DNA of 64,000 nucleotides from Hydrolagus affinis (lineage: Eukaryota). This document shows, one piece after another, positions 51,499 through 64,000 of the stretch (position 1 is its first letter; the number at the start of each line of letters is the position of its first letter). Both the position numbers and the translations under genes were made by a program. The stretch is from assembly GCA_012026655.1 (NCBI GenBank), contig JAAILG010000964.1, positions 1-64,000 of the forward strand, in the 5' to 3' direction. The notes below the pieces were generated by a model. It worked only from the letters and a program-made list of their open reading frames with translations, searched no databases and was not told where the DNA came from.

Positions 51499-51790
51499 AT
51501 TACGCCATTCTCCTGCTTGTCGGCCTTCTCAATTCCTCCCTCCACAGGTTGCAGATAATCCAAAACTTTGCGGCCTGTGTCCTCCACTGCTCCAAGCTTT
51601 GTGACCCCCATCTCTCCCATCCTCGCCCAACTCCATTGGCATCACCTGGAGGATCCAATTCAAGATCCTGTTCCTCACATTCAAAGTCCTCCACAGCCTC
51701 GCCCCATCCTACCTCTGCGACCCCCTAACCCTGTACAACTCAGGCTCCGGCCTGCTTCATGTCCCCCAACCGACCCACCCCACCTTCTTA
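51499..51790 (+). mobile_element. L2 ORF2 fragment
   Basis: Translates, with frameshifts, to YAILLLVGLLNSSLHRLQIIQNFAA...P.SPILAQLHW...IQFKILFLTFKVLH. Confidence 0.85.
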
Positions 51791-53119
51791 CACTGCTGTC
51801 GAGAAAAATTACAAGAGTTTTTTTCCAGGAACTGCTGACATTTTTCAGTATCTCTACAATCCACCTAAAACCTTCTTCCCTCCATTTATCAACTCATAAT
51901 TTTATATTTGTATATTGTTCTTCCCATATACAAGGCAATTCAGATAGGTTTGTGCTTTAATTAAATTCCATACTCTGCCTGGGGCCAAGACTCATTTCAA
52001 CTAAACCCATCAGCCAAGCCAGCTGAAAAGCTATTATCTATCTGTTCTTCCATGGAACTTGCTTCTCATCAGCACTAGCGAAAAGCAATGAGCTATTACA
52101 GCCTTTTTAAGCAAAATATAAGTGTACAAATCCTGCAATGTCCACCTAAAGTTATCCGTTAATTTGGCAATGGCTACTTAGAGATTGCAGGACATATGGT
52201 CCTGGGAGTTCTTAGCGACATGCTGGAGGGTTTCTGCGGACTGAATGTGTAATAAACGAGCTACTGAGATTGCATTCATGCAACACATCATGGAAGGACA
52301 AAGAAAATGCATTTTGTACAAGTGCAGTTTCACAATAAAACCTCAACTTACTCTTCACAGTCAGAAAGTCTAAAATCTCTGCTGGTAGATTAAAAGTTCA
52401 ACACAGACATTTCTTTCACAGAGTGCTCATTTACAAATTGTTTCCTCCTGATTATTCTGAACAAAACCAAGCTTAGCATTACTGATACACTCAAACGCAG
52501 GACAAAATGGCAAAGTATTTCAAACAAGTTTTAATGAAGCCAAATTATTTGCAAATAATGGAAATGGCATTCAATTTTTTCTTTGTAATTTGAATAGCAG
52601 ACATGTTTATTTCAAATCGGTTTCCTTCAAGAACTCCAGATTCCTCAATTTCAAATGTCACTCAGAATTTCCCTTGCAGTTTTTTTGTTCTATAAGTCCG
52701 TAATTGCCTAAAATGACTTATTTTCCCCTCCCCCGTGAGAGCTCATTCAATACAGAAAACACAGCACATTTCTCCAATGAGCACCAATCCCACTCTAATC
52801 ACCTAACAGCATGTCCAGCAAGAACAGGACTAGACAATGTCAATCTTCCTGCCCGTGTGCATCCTCCCCAACATGTCAAAAAAAAACTTCAGATTGACAT
52901 TGACAACTAACTAGAATTGGTGAAAATTGATTTTGATCGGTATTGTCACATAATGTTGACTTTTTAAAAAAAATTCAACTATATATTTTCAATGCCAATT
53001 TTTGCGCTTAGATGCTAAATAGAGACAAGTCGACAACTGTAATAACTTATTCCACATTTACTGACTGTATAAAAGTGTTCATTCTGGATATTTTGGGTGA
53101 GTCATTCTCATTATGAATG

Positions 53120-53225
53120 TAGAAATACAGAAACAGGAGTAGGCAAATTCAGCCGCTCAAGCCTGTCCTTACCCTTATCGCTTAATACCCCAACCTACTA
53201 AACAGCTATCCACCTCAGTCTTGAT
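53120..53225 (-). mobile_element. CR1 LINE 3' end fragment
   Basis: TAGAAATACAGAAACAGGAGTAGGCAAATTCAGCCGCTCAAGCCTG is the reverse complement of a typical CR1 3' UTR. Confidence 0.55.
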
Positions 53226-54703
53226 CCACGCTTTTAGACTCCCACTTTGCTTATTTTTGACTCCACCACCCTTTTTCTGAAGCTCTGGAATTCAAATCTA
53301 TCTACTGTGATTACCAAGTCATTACAGTGCCCACAAAAATTTATATTTTCCTAAATGGAATAAAAAAACTACAGTAAAACCAGAGGCGTACTGTTAAAAT
53401 GTGATACAACATAACACAGGTGATATAACCATCAGAAATAGTTTCCGTTTACATAAGAAAGATTCTCTCACTTGCTGTATAGAATATATGAGCAAATATT
53501 TGCTGTTAGATCTTTTTAAGAGCGATTGAACACGAGGGAGAAGACATGAGCTTCTGACATAGCTCACTTGTTTTAACACCTTCTCATCACCACTAAATAT
53601 TAGAGGTGAACATGACACATATGTCCATTACAGATGTGCAGTAACCTAATCCTAAAACCAAAGTCAAAAGCAATCTCAGTTTCTTGTCCAGTTTGAAACA
53701 CCCATAGATTCCAGCTGGATTCATCTTCACCTTGTGTTCAATAAATGGAAACAGGATTTTGGTCATTAGATCAGCTAGGCAAGTCATCGCTGTTTATGGT
53801 GGTCATCAGAGGGAAGGTTGAAATCTCCAAGCTTACTCTTTGCTGGCAGTGGACAAGGCCAAAATCACTACCACTGGTGGGACTTGAGGCCTGTCATTAG
53901 AAATATAGGATGGAGAGTCTAGCCAGCACCACACAAGGGTTTCATTGTATAAATTAGAACTGTGACAAGAATAGTGAGTTCATCAATTTTAATAATTAAA
54001 AACATGTAACATTACTCTAACAGTACAATAATCCAAATAAATGTACATTGTTCTCGAAGCACGTTTTAATATTTGAGATGTATTCACATGAACTGAATGA
54101 AAAGGAGAATGAAAATAAACAAACAATTTTTCACCTTTGGAGTTTACCCATCAAAAGAATGAAAATCATAACAAATAAAAATGCCTTCATTGCTTGCTTC
54201 TGATTTGTGATCTATTAAACCGTATTTATTATTTCAAACAAGAAATTCTCAACTAGCTGCACACAAACATTTCCTTTCATACGAGTTGCCTTATCAAATC
54301 ATGACTGTGCAAGATACTGGTTAACCCCAGTTAATGAATCTGCTAGTTGACTGACAGTGCCCTGGGCATGACATTGTCGACTGACAGTGGCTCCCTATAC
54401 ACGATCTGTCTTGGATAACAGCCTTCCTTAGTATAAGAGATGAAAAAACAGTGCAGGAAGAAATTTCAAATGGATCAATTTCTCTTTCACGAAGCACCAC
54501 TACCACAGTAATCAATAGCTTTAACAATTTAACAATACAAATATATTTTTAAAACAAATAATACAGCAAATGTACATAGCTTTGGGCAAAACAAATTCTA
54601 AACCGTTTTCAATGTCGTAAAATGGGTGTTATAATTGTTATACAAAAATACATCCTGTGAAGAGCTTTGAGACATGCTTTGTTCCAAAGTCTACAATCAA
54701 ATA

Positions 54704-55911
54704 CAGGTAAGCCTCTATTTAGGACACTTCTATTTAGGACATTTCAATTGAAGGAACATAATTTTTTTAAAACCTTTTGATCGACATAGGTCACTTGGAT
54801 TCGTTTTAACGAACAAATTTTTTGTTGTGCATGCTCAGTACATGTTTTGAATATTGCGGTCGCATTTTGCGCGTCCTTTTTGTCCATACGCACAGTCCAT
54901 AGTGTATTCGCAGGTAAATCGCGCCCGCGCCTGATATAGTGTATCCAAGAGTTTGAACTGGCGAATAGCATGTCGCAATGTAATCGTTTAAAAGCCAGCT
55001 GATTTTGAAGCAACACCATGCCACATCAGTATTACAGTAACTTCCGAACATTCCCGAGCAACTTTACAGCGATTTACAGCCTCTACCGCGTTTCTACCAT
55101 GTCAGGAAGAGACAGCAGTAAGTGAAATGAGCAACGGTAATACCACTAGCGGCAAGAGACCTCGCAAAGTCATCACTTTAAATCCTGAATTAGAGGTGAT
55201 AAAGTGCATTGAGTCTGGCAAAAAAGGTACGGACGGGAGGACTTTCGGGCTAGCTAGATTGACAGTGGCTACTATAAAACAGAATAAGGACAATATACTG
55301 GCAAGTTCAAGATGTGTTACAACTACAGGTGCAAGCAAATTAGCAAAACATAGGAGTGATGTGATAGAAAACATGGAAAGAATGCTGAGTGTCTGGATTG
55401 AGGAACAGAACCAGTGTAATACAACACCCAACTCAACACCCTGGTTATCCAAGAGAAGGCAAAATCATTGTTTTGGGAGTTAAATGATCAGGAAGGAGAA
55501 GGCTCAATGACATCATCTTTCAGTGCTAGCAGAGGGTGGTTTAAAAGGTTTAAAAGACGCTATGGGCTCCACAACATCAAGATGAGTGGGGAAGCTGCAA
55601 GTGCCACTGCCACTGTCATACTGCCAGTATTAAAGTTTGCCAGTAGTGTACAGTATTAAAGTTTGCCAGTATTAAAGTACAATACCGTACAGTTACCCCA
55701 AGTACCCCTTCTTGCCTATGTGTGTTAATTTGTGTGTTTTGTGTGGTTGTGTGTGTTATTTAGTGGGTTTAAGGTCCGAAAATTTCGTGAAAAGAACGCA
55801 TCTCTGGTTATATAATGGGACCGCATGGGAAATCGTGTTTCGATTTAGGACGTTTCGATCTAGATACAGTTTTTCAGGAACGCAACCCTGTCCGAAATAG
55901 AGGTTTACCTG
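54704..55911 (+). mobile_element. Internally deleted Tigger/pogo DNA transposon (1208 bp) with TA target duplication
   Basis: TA|CAGGTAAGCCTCTATTTAGGACA ... TGTCCGAAATAGAGGTTTACCTG|TA: 23-bp terminal inverted repeats with 2 mismatches, enclosing a transposase remnant. Confidence 0.95.
55127..55612 (+). pseudogene. Tigger transposase N-terminal remnant (CENP-B-type HTH_psq and HTH_Tnp_Tc5), frameshifted, no DDE domain
   Basis: KRPRKVITLNPELEVIK...TVATIKQNKDNI...MERMLSVWIEEQ, then a frameshift to FSASRGWFKRFKRRYGLHNIKMSGEAASA. Confidence 0.92.
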
Positions 55912-56099
55912 TACAAGGATTATTGTTATTCTCTATGTGTGGTTAAATAGACCCAACTATGGTAGCAATGGGGGGGATAAAATCTAGTAACTGGGTCAGG
56001 AAGAGAAGGTAGATTGAAATCAGCCAGGCTTTCAGCTCCTGATGACTATCCAGTGATCTCAAATTGAAATTATGTGATGAAAAATTGGAGAGATCCAAC

Positions 56100-56600
56100 T
56101 TGTTTGCAATGTTCCTCCACCCCACAGTCAAATAACTTTTCAATGCTCACTGATGGATTCACACGCAAGGAACTGGATGCGTAAACCTAGTGCAAGGTAT
56201 TGAAATTTTCAGATGACACTAGCTTGATAGGAAATGGGAAATCAGAAGAAGTTGCAAAGGTCTTACAAAGAAAGCTTGAAAGGCTGTGTACATGGGCTGA
56301 CGACAAGTAAACCTTGAATAATACAGTACTTCATAATACACATACTTCCTAAGTTAGATGAAGAAGATAACATAAATGTAGAATGGCAAAAAGCAATTTC
56401 AGGACAGACACTAGGAAGTTCTTTCTTTGGCAGAAGGCAGTTAACACCTGGAACAGGTTTTCACGAAGGGCAGTTGATGTCAAGACACTGAGTCATTTAA
56501 AAATATAACTTAATATGATGATCAGAAGCCTTATGGGCATTTTGGAAGGATAAGATCAAGTGGGCCGAAGGACCTTCTTCATCCAAACCAATCTTCATTC
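56100..56600 (+). mobile_element. Degenerate CR1 LINE (RT and 3' end fragments)
   Basis: AAATTTTCAGATGACACT encodes KFSDDT (CR1 KFADDT), followed by GCAGTTAACACCTGGAAC (VNTWN) and GGGCCGAAGGACCT of the 3' UTR. Confidence 0.7.
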
Positions 56601-57659
56601 AAGCCCATATTGAATGCAATACCAGAAAGCAGTCATTACCTGTGGAACTGTACTTCAGGATGAGTGAGCAATTTCCCTTGCTGTGGGGGTAAATTAAACC
56701 TGGAAAGAAATTAGTTTTACAAAAATTATCACCTTAAAAATCTTTTGAGTATAGGTAATGCAAGGAGAAAACTATGGTAGCCATACTTACCAATGGAAGA
56801 TGAAAGAAAAATTCATTTACAGTATCTTGATTTTGAAACATTTATATTGTTGGTAAATCTTAAATACTTAATTATCAAATCAAGCTTTTTTTTAAAAAAA
56901 ACTCCACTGAGCATGAAATACATATGTTGCTTTTCAGAACCTAAAGCTTTCAGTATAGTTTACACACACTGACCTCTTGTAAGAGTCTCTATAAAACAAA
57001 AAAATTCAAGCATACTGAAAATAGTCCCAATCTTTTTTTTAATGAATCCAAACGTAGATGCCACCCCTGCCCTAAAATAATCAAACTGACATTTCCCTCC
57101 TTCATCAATGGCAAGGTGAATGGCTGGCTCAGTGTCAACTTCAATTTCCTCATGTGTTATGAATGAACATAAACAAATAAATAAAATCAATCAAAACCTC
57201 TTAAAGCCTAAAGCAAGGAAACAATTTTCTATTTCGAGAGGGATTGAGAAATGAACAGGAGGAGGTCTGATGAGTACTGCATTCTGGCAAATTCATTTGG
57301 TTCCCAAATTATAATTTGCAAGTTTGAAGAAAACATTTGCTAGGAGCAGGAGCAACCATTAAAATCCGATATAATCAGCCACTTGTTTTGGAAACTCACC
57401 TAGGAACTAACTGTAAATGTTTGCCAGTCATGGTTTGCAGTGATTTCATCAACTGTATCAAAAAATATTTAGATTAATTTGCATAGTATTTACCAGGATA
57501 TCAATACTATAGTAGTTCACTAGGTTTTTGTGTAACAAAGATTCTGCACATTTTATCATTCTAAAATGTTTAAGAATGTATAAATAAGCAACCAACTGGT
57601 ATGTTAACATTCTCAATGGTCTTCTATTTTGCTAAAGCATACAATTTATGGTATAAATG

Positions 57660-57845
57660 ATGTAAATTAAGGCAGAATGCCTCAATATAGCTATAAGGAA
57701 TTTGATGCATATATGTAAGAGAAATGAATAGAGGGGTATTGGAGAGGGGAATAAGAAAAGTGAGGTTGATGTGGACAATAAACACTGATATGGGTTAGTT
57801 AGGCCAAATGGTCTGTTTCATACAGTAATGTGCTATATAATTATG
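57660..57845 (+). mobile_element. CR1 LINE 3' end fragment
   Basis: AAGGAATTTGATGCATATATG...ATAAACACTG...GTTAGGCCAAATGGTCTGTTTC. Confidence 0.55.
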
Positions 57846-58642
57846 CTCCCTCTATGGTTCAGAGAAAAGATGAGTAAATTTAGAAAATACATTGTTGAAG
57901 GACATAGTTAATGAGTCATAGTAGAGTACACCACCTATATTAAAATAACACCACAGAAAACAAAACAGAGGCAAGACCAGTTGTAGGTGTCATCCAGCTT
58001 GGATTTTAAAAATCTACAGATTGCAAGAAATAAAGAGTTCTTGGGAAGTAATAAGTTTGTGTAGAGTTTTGATTATAACATTGAAGAAGAAATAAGAAAC
58101 TGTAGAATGGCATATTCTGAGTTTTAGAGGAAGAAGATAGGAAACTTTGGATGAACATAATAATATTGATAAAATAATGTTGGAAAATCTGAGGATAGAG
58201 AAAAAGTAAAGGAAGGATCGCCTACCAGATCACTAATTTATTTTTATTATGTCCAGAAGTGCAAGAGAGGTATTGGAAAATAATTTAAGAAAGTAAAATG
58301 GGACAGCAGAACACTCAATTGTTTTGAGTAGCAAAGACGCAGACACACAAACGTATCTACAATGGGTATCAAAATATACAGTACCAAGGAATCTGGATTT
58401 TAAGGCAAAAACCAAGATAAATGAAACATACTTGTCATTGATTTTTAAACATTTTATCTTAAAGGGGCTATGTAAATTCAAGTTGTTATAAACAGATTTT
58501 TAAAAAAATAGAATTTGTACATAAAAAGATTTGAAGCTACACTTCAGCAGAAGAAATAGATCTCCCATGTACAGTACTTTCCTTCTAAAATAAATCCTTC
58601 CACTTGACCTACAAATTTGCCTACAGTTTTCAACTGCACAAA

Positions 58643-58722
58643 TAACAACAACAAAATTACATTTGTATAGCGCCTTTCACGTCGGGGGGGCGTCCTAAAG
58701 CGCTGGACAATCAACATTTCAA
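58643..58722 (-). mobile_element. L2 3' tail
   Basis: (AAC)n-AAAATTACATTTGTATAGCGCCTTTCACGTCGGGGGGGCGTCCTAAAGCGCTG. Confidence 0.8.
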
Positions 58723-59834
58723 ACCCACTTACCCCAATTGGTCTGCTTTGAGAAAGAATTCTGCTCTAAGTCCAATACACCTAACCCAAGTATCTATTGT
58801 TAAATTGTAAATACTAATTTCCCAAGAATACCGTCACAGAAAAATTTAAATAAATGTATGCAAAAATTATCTATAGCTGCAGAACATATACAGAATTCGA
58901 ACATGTACAAATGCAATTTTGCTGTATGTTAGCTATGTTAATTATGTAAAATATATACAATTGTTTGTGCTACACAGCAGCTTGGAGGATAGGTTGAAAG
59001 ACTGATGGATGTGACCTTCAGGTCTCATCCTTCAATCATCCTGGCTATTCTCAATTTGGGAGGACATTACACACATCCATTATTGCTTAATTCATGAATA
59101 GCAGTTCACATTATAAACAGTGAAGGGCTTCCGGACAACCCATGCATGTGCAGAAACCTGAGTTACATCTAGAAAATGTTTATTCCTTTAGACAAATGAC
59201 CATGAATTTCATGCATTAGTAGGTTTGGGGCATTTCCTGATCAGCGCCACACTTAGGATTGTGGTTAAAAAATGTTTAAAACAAGCATCATATCTATTTG
59301 TACTCTGTAATTTTTTTTAAATGTGGGGTCAAGTTGTGAATTGCAGACATAAAAGCTTTATGATAGTGTTTCATTTATGTGTGCACAACATTCTCGAAAG
59401 TCTATATCAAGTCCTATTTTTTTGGAAACTATCATTTTAAATTTCAAAGCCCAAATCTCCTTCTCGTCCAGCCTGCTTGATATTTGGAGTAATAAAATGC
59501 AGTCATTTTCTTGCAACTGCACTCTAATAACAACAAAATGTAACATTTTATTGAAATAGAGATGAACCTTGCTGTTTGAACATAGATAACATTTGGCTCC
59601 CTCCTCTTTTTCTTAGTTGTTTCCCCACATAGACACCATTGTCATGGTGACAGACATCATATATTTGGAATACTGTACACCAAAAAGGATAAATGTTTTG
59701 AAAAATGTAATCGAATTTTAATGGAAAGGTTTAATCCTCAACTTGTATTGAGATATAAGTACATTAATGGTTATTCCTATTACAGCATATGCCAACATAT
59801 TTTAAAGAATTGATCACTCAATCTACACAACCAT

Positions 59835-60170
59835 CAATGTTGTGTGCAATTGGCTGCCCTCACGAGGTATATAGCCAATTAATTTTACAGTACAGTAAAA
59901 GCCCGTTTATCCGGCACCATCGAGACTTGGCCAATGCCGGTTAAAGTGCCTGCTGGATATTCGCCCGAAAACGGAAAAAAATGCATTTTTTCCAGATAAA
60001 TTCCAGTTAATCAAATGCGAACCTTTTTTTTGTAATGCCGGTTATACAGAAGTTACGGTTGATCGGGTGCCGGATAAATTGACTTTTACTGTATATTCTG
60101 TGAAGCGCTTTGAGATGGCTTAATGACATCATAAGGTGCAATGTCAAATGCAAGGATGAAGATTATTATT
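59835..60170 (+). mobile_element. tRNA/Deu-type SINE 3' half interrupted by a MITE
   Basis: GTGTGCAATTGGCTGCC...TTTTACAGTA[MITE]TATATTCTGTGAAGCGCTTTGAG...AAATGCAAGGA. Confidence 0.85.
59893..60091. mobile_element. 199-bp Tigger/pogo-type MITE with TA target duplication
   Basis: TA|CAGTAAAAGCCCGTTTATCCGGCACC ... GGTGCCGGATAAATTGACTTTTACTG|TA: 26-bp terminal inverted repeats with 3 mismatches. Confidence 0.92.
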
Positions 60171-60685
60171 TTAACATGGTGCTTCAAACCAAAATCGGAA
60201 GACACTGTTCTGTGGTGGGTTCCCCAAAGAAATGATGGTCAGCCATTCTCTTGGTCATCAAGTTGCTGCTTAGTTCACCTATGACATCTGATTTATTTTC
60301 TCTACACGTGCACACAACTTGCAGGAAGTTCGCCAATCAACCGTGATCACTCTCATGAACATTTTTAAGCACAAGAAATACTCATGAGAGCTCATCAATT
60401 ACACCAAATTGATAGATGAATGATTGGTATCTTGCACCCCAACGCATGTGCAGGAAGCCGGCCAAGCCTGCACCAACAACCAAAGGTAAACCATGTTTCC
60501 ACTATCTGTGTATTTTGCTGGAATCAGCACTTTCTTTGTTTGTCTTTTACCATACGTTCTCCCAAATCTATTCCTTTTTAGATACACTTTGAATCAGTCA
60601 TTTGGTCAGAACATTTTACATGACACAAAGTACATCAAAGTATTGCTTCTTTGCTTAACCTCACTCATTGTGTGAAGGTGATTAG

Positions 60686-60755
60686 TAATAATAATAATCC
60701 TTGCATTTGATATCGCGCTTTTCATGGCTTCTAGATGTCTCAAAGCAATTCACAG
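60686..60755 (-). mobile_element. tRNA/Deu-type SINE, 3' tail
   Basis: (TAA)n-TCCTTGCATTTGATATCGCGCTTTTCATGGCTTCTAGATGTCTCAAAGCAATTCACAG. Confidence 0.75.
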
Positions 60756-63221
60756 GTGTCTTACATTACTTGAATATTGGTTACAAATACAATGCTAAGT
60801 TTATGCAATGTTAGCTTTTATGATATGCTTAGTTTTGCTTAATATGCTCAGTATTGGTAATGTTTTGTTATGGCGCTTGAATATCCACTAAATAAACTGA
60901 ATTTCAGAATGTTGAATTAAATGGAAATGTCATTTATATAGCCAAGGAGCATAGACTTTTAAAAAACTCCAAAATGTTATGAAATCATACATGTATTGGA
61001 AACTACAGCAATATTCATTGTTCTGGAAAGAAAGATAGCATTAAAATTAACATACCAAGAGAATTCTAAATAAAGGTAAATAAACTCAGGTCACAACGAT
61101 CATTTAAGATGGAGAAATATACAAGTTCATTCATCCCATTTTAAAAATCACAAAATAAATTTATATCTGAAGCTTCCGCTAGATGTTTTTAAGCTAGTGA
61201 ATTTGTATGTTAGTGTTCTTAGGTATAGGCATGGCTCCAAGCATTCTCAATATTTGCAAAGCAACCCAGGTTTTGATGAGAAGTAATTTGCTAAATTTGC
61301 TCAATATTTTATAGGTACAGTACTTCCAAGCCAACATAGCACTGCAAGTTATTTGGTCAGAAGGCCATCAATTCCATCTGTTTGAAGCCTGTAAGAACAT
61401 TTTGTCTTAAATTTTAATACCACATTGCAGAAAATTCTCAAATTGAGTCTTTTAATTTGAAAGTTAGTTTACCCAGTTTTCGCAAGTAACTGGCTTCCAA
61501 ATTAAGACGGATTTGAGAGTTCAAATAGTTACCACGTAACATTCGTTTACCTTCCCTTGCCACTTTTCATTAGTACAAATAAAGCAAATAAAAATAAAAG
61601 TTTTGCTCACAAGTATAGAAAATGTACATACCGGTACATGAAAGGTTATCATCAATCTCCCCATTCAATATGAAGCAGGCTTTCCCAGGCAACACACTTT
61701 AAAGAACTTTTAAAGTCTATAATATAAAATGTGCATCCAACAAGTAACATTTTACAATGATTACCTTCTGCATATGCAAAGCAAGAAACACAGCAGGTTT
61801 GAGTACCAAAGGTTCATGTAACATCAGGTTATATGAGATTTATGTTCAAAATAAATTCAACTAAAGGGCGACACTGTCCACAAATGGCAGTGTTATGGAG
61901 CGTTGTGGAGAAAACGATGATAAAATGACATGGTAAAACTTTTATTAGCTGAATCTATTATAGGAACTTCACATTTCTGTCCATAGGTTCCAGTTAAATT
62001 CTCATTAATATATACTGTACAGAGTTTGAGAAAAAGCTGGCAACAATTATTACAAATGCTGTTTGTTTTAACTACACAAAAAAAAGTATTTTAAGAATCA
62101 CCATCCGTTGATCATGTGTTCAACAAAACTCCAGAGCTAATCTGAGCAAAAATGTAGCTTCTTCTCCAACAAAAAATTACACTTTCCAATAATATGTTGA
62201 TATATTCAGAATTTAACTAAATTTAAAACGAAGTGCAAATACAGCAGGAGAGTGAAGCCAAGATATCCGCTAAATGGAAAATAATAAACAGCCTGTGGCA
62301 TATCTACTTGCAGCAAGCCACAATAAGCTATCTTTTGTCATTATCATTCAACATGATTGAGCAGAAACCATATTAAGCAGAAAAATACAAACAAATTACA
62401 GCTGTGGTCAGAGGTCTGTGGAACTGCTGCAGTTACAATACATTTTCAAGTTTAATCTGGCTGTTAATGTTGGAAGCAAATGTAGCAACAGTCAAAGAAA
62501 AATCCACAACATTTTGCAACTGCATTAAATTAGACTGTTGAAATCAGACCCTGCCTTACTGTGGAAAACATTGAACATATAGAAAAGTGGCAGGATTAGC
62601 ACAGTAAGTGTATTAATTAACAATGCTGCATGTTTCATATAACTATAAATTAGCCAATGTCTCTTGCTTGGCTCCAACATACATTATTAACATCTGCGAT
62701 CTGCACTCCTGTGCCCTGACCTGCTGAAGCAAGCCTCATTTAAGAATAACCCAGTACAAACCAACTTTAAGAGCTTTCACTCATCTCTCTTTCCCCAAAA
62801 AAACAACCCGTTATTTTGAAGGCTGAGTTCAAAGTGGAGCTTCATTAGCTGAATGCATGATTTGGATAGATTCTGTCATTCTCAAATTACCCTGATGAAA
62901 GTCAGATAAAAGTCCACTTTAACAACTGAGTACTGATAAACGTGAGTTACTAACCCAAGTAAGGACTCAAAATGGGCTTTTGTTTCCTTTGTTGGCTGAG
63001 AGGCCCCATTGAAACTGAAAATACTTCTCAACCAAAAAACATCTCTTTAGAACTAATGAGTTAAGGAGGGAATGCCTTCACTATACTGATTTAAAGTCTA
63101 GTTTAGCTTTCTATAAACTCTCAAATATAATTCCAGTTATTCAGGAATGGGCCATAGAGGGCACTAGTGTAACATAAATACACAACTGAGAGAAAAGATG
63201 CCTCATAATCCCTTAAAAAAA

Positions 63222-63394
63222 TAATTTGGTCACTCAATCCATGACTGTTTGTGGAACACTGCTGTGCACAATTGGCTGCTGCATTTCACCCATAAAATAT
63301 ACAGTCAATTCACTTTGCAGTATATTCTGTGAAATGATTTGAGGCATCTGGAAGACGTGATAAGGAGTTATATCAAATGCAAGGATTATTATTA
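63222..63394 (+). mobile_element. tRNA/Deu-type SINE, 3' half
   Basis: TTGGTCACTCAATCCATGACTGTTTGTGGAACACTGCTGTGCACAATTGGCTGCTGC...AAATGCAAGGATTATTATT. Confidence 0.85.
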
Positions 63395-64000
63395 TGAACA
63401 CCACTTATTAATAAAATGGTCACATGTAGATACAGTTCAGACACTCTCATGGAGAATAAAGGAATTTAGAGACTGAGATCAAGTCATATTCCAAATATTC
63501 CTGAATGTGAACAATTTTATGATGCAGCTCTAGCCTTCATCTGTAAATTCTCAATGCCCTCAATTCCCCAATAAAAAAAACAGTAAAACACATCCTTTAT
63601 CAGGTATCCACAAGTTCTATTACACATTTTTACCAAATACTTTTGTCCAATAACATATGTCCTATACAGTATTGTAATTTCTTTAACAGCCTTCAATCTC
63701 AAAAATTCTACATCCACAAAATCTAGTAACTGGTCTTGTCAGTGTTGTATGGTATAAATATACCATATAAATATACCATACAAATGTATTGATCCAATTT
63801 CAAACAAGGGCTATGTGCTTCATCAGTAAAGTCTTTTCTTAATACTGTATCTTTCTTATATAATACTGACCTTTATAACACATTTTACTTGCTCTTTATG
63901 GAGTGGAAGTTCTAAGCAATACTCTCTCTACACATAGCTCAAAACTAGTGTATTAAATTAGGTTAGCTATGAAAGGCAATTGGAGATTACATACAGAACA

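Noticed and set aside
63790-63826. Other CTGATGA motifs as possible hammerheads (also near 5456, 36858, 39921, 56039, 57267 and 62892)
   Set aside because: None has a clean helix II followed directly by GAAA together with pairing helices I and III.
45065-64000. Search for DPH6 exons 1-3 (SGGKDS, ELDSYMYQTVG, DEVEDL motifs)
   Set aside because: No match was found by eye or in the ORF track. The region is treated as one large intron, though a short exon could have been missed.

Overview
AT-rich vertebrate genomic DNA, most likely a cartilaginous fish, possibly a chimaera (inferred from the repeat families). The window lies wholly inside one minus-strand gene, DPH6 (diphthine--ammonia ligase). 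I traced nine consecutive GT-AG exons by hand between 45064 and 19097. They total 1026 nt, or 342 codons, in one open frame. They encode the C-terminal half of the diphthamide synthetase domain, a linker, one Rid (YjgF/YER057c/UK114) domain and the start of a second, so this is the long form of DPH6 rather than the 267-aa human form. The first exons and the last exons were not found and probably lie outside the window. The introns contain L2, CR1 and RTE LINE fragments, tRNA/Deu SINEs, an internally deleted Tigger transposon, several TA-flanked MITEs (two nested in other elements), a ~40-bp minisatellite and candidate conserved non-coding elements. The most notable observations are: Rid catalytic residues apparently split between the two domains; a linker exon flanked by inverted repeats whose skipping would end the protein right after the catalytic domain; and a degenerate hammerhead-ribozyme core in a Penelope-like repeat. 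All family assignments come from recalled consensus sequences, not database searches. Repeat boundaries are approximate unless a target-site duplication is given.
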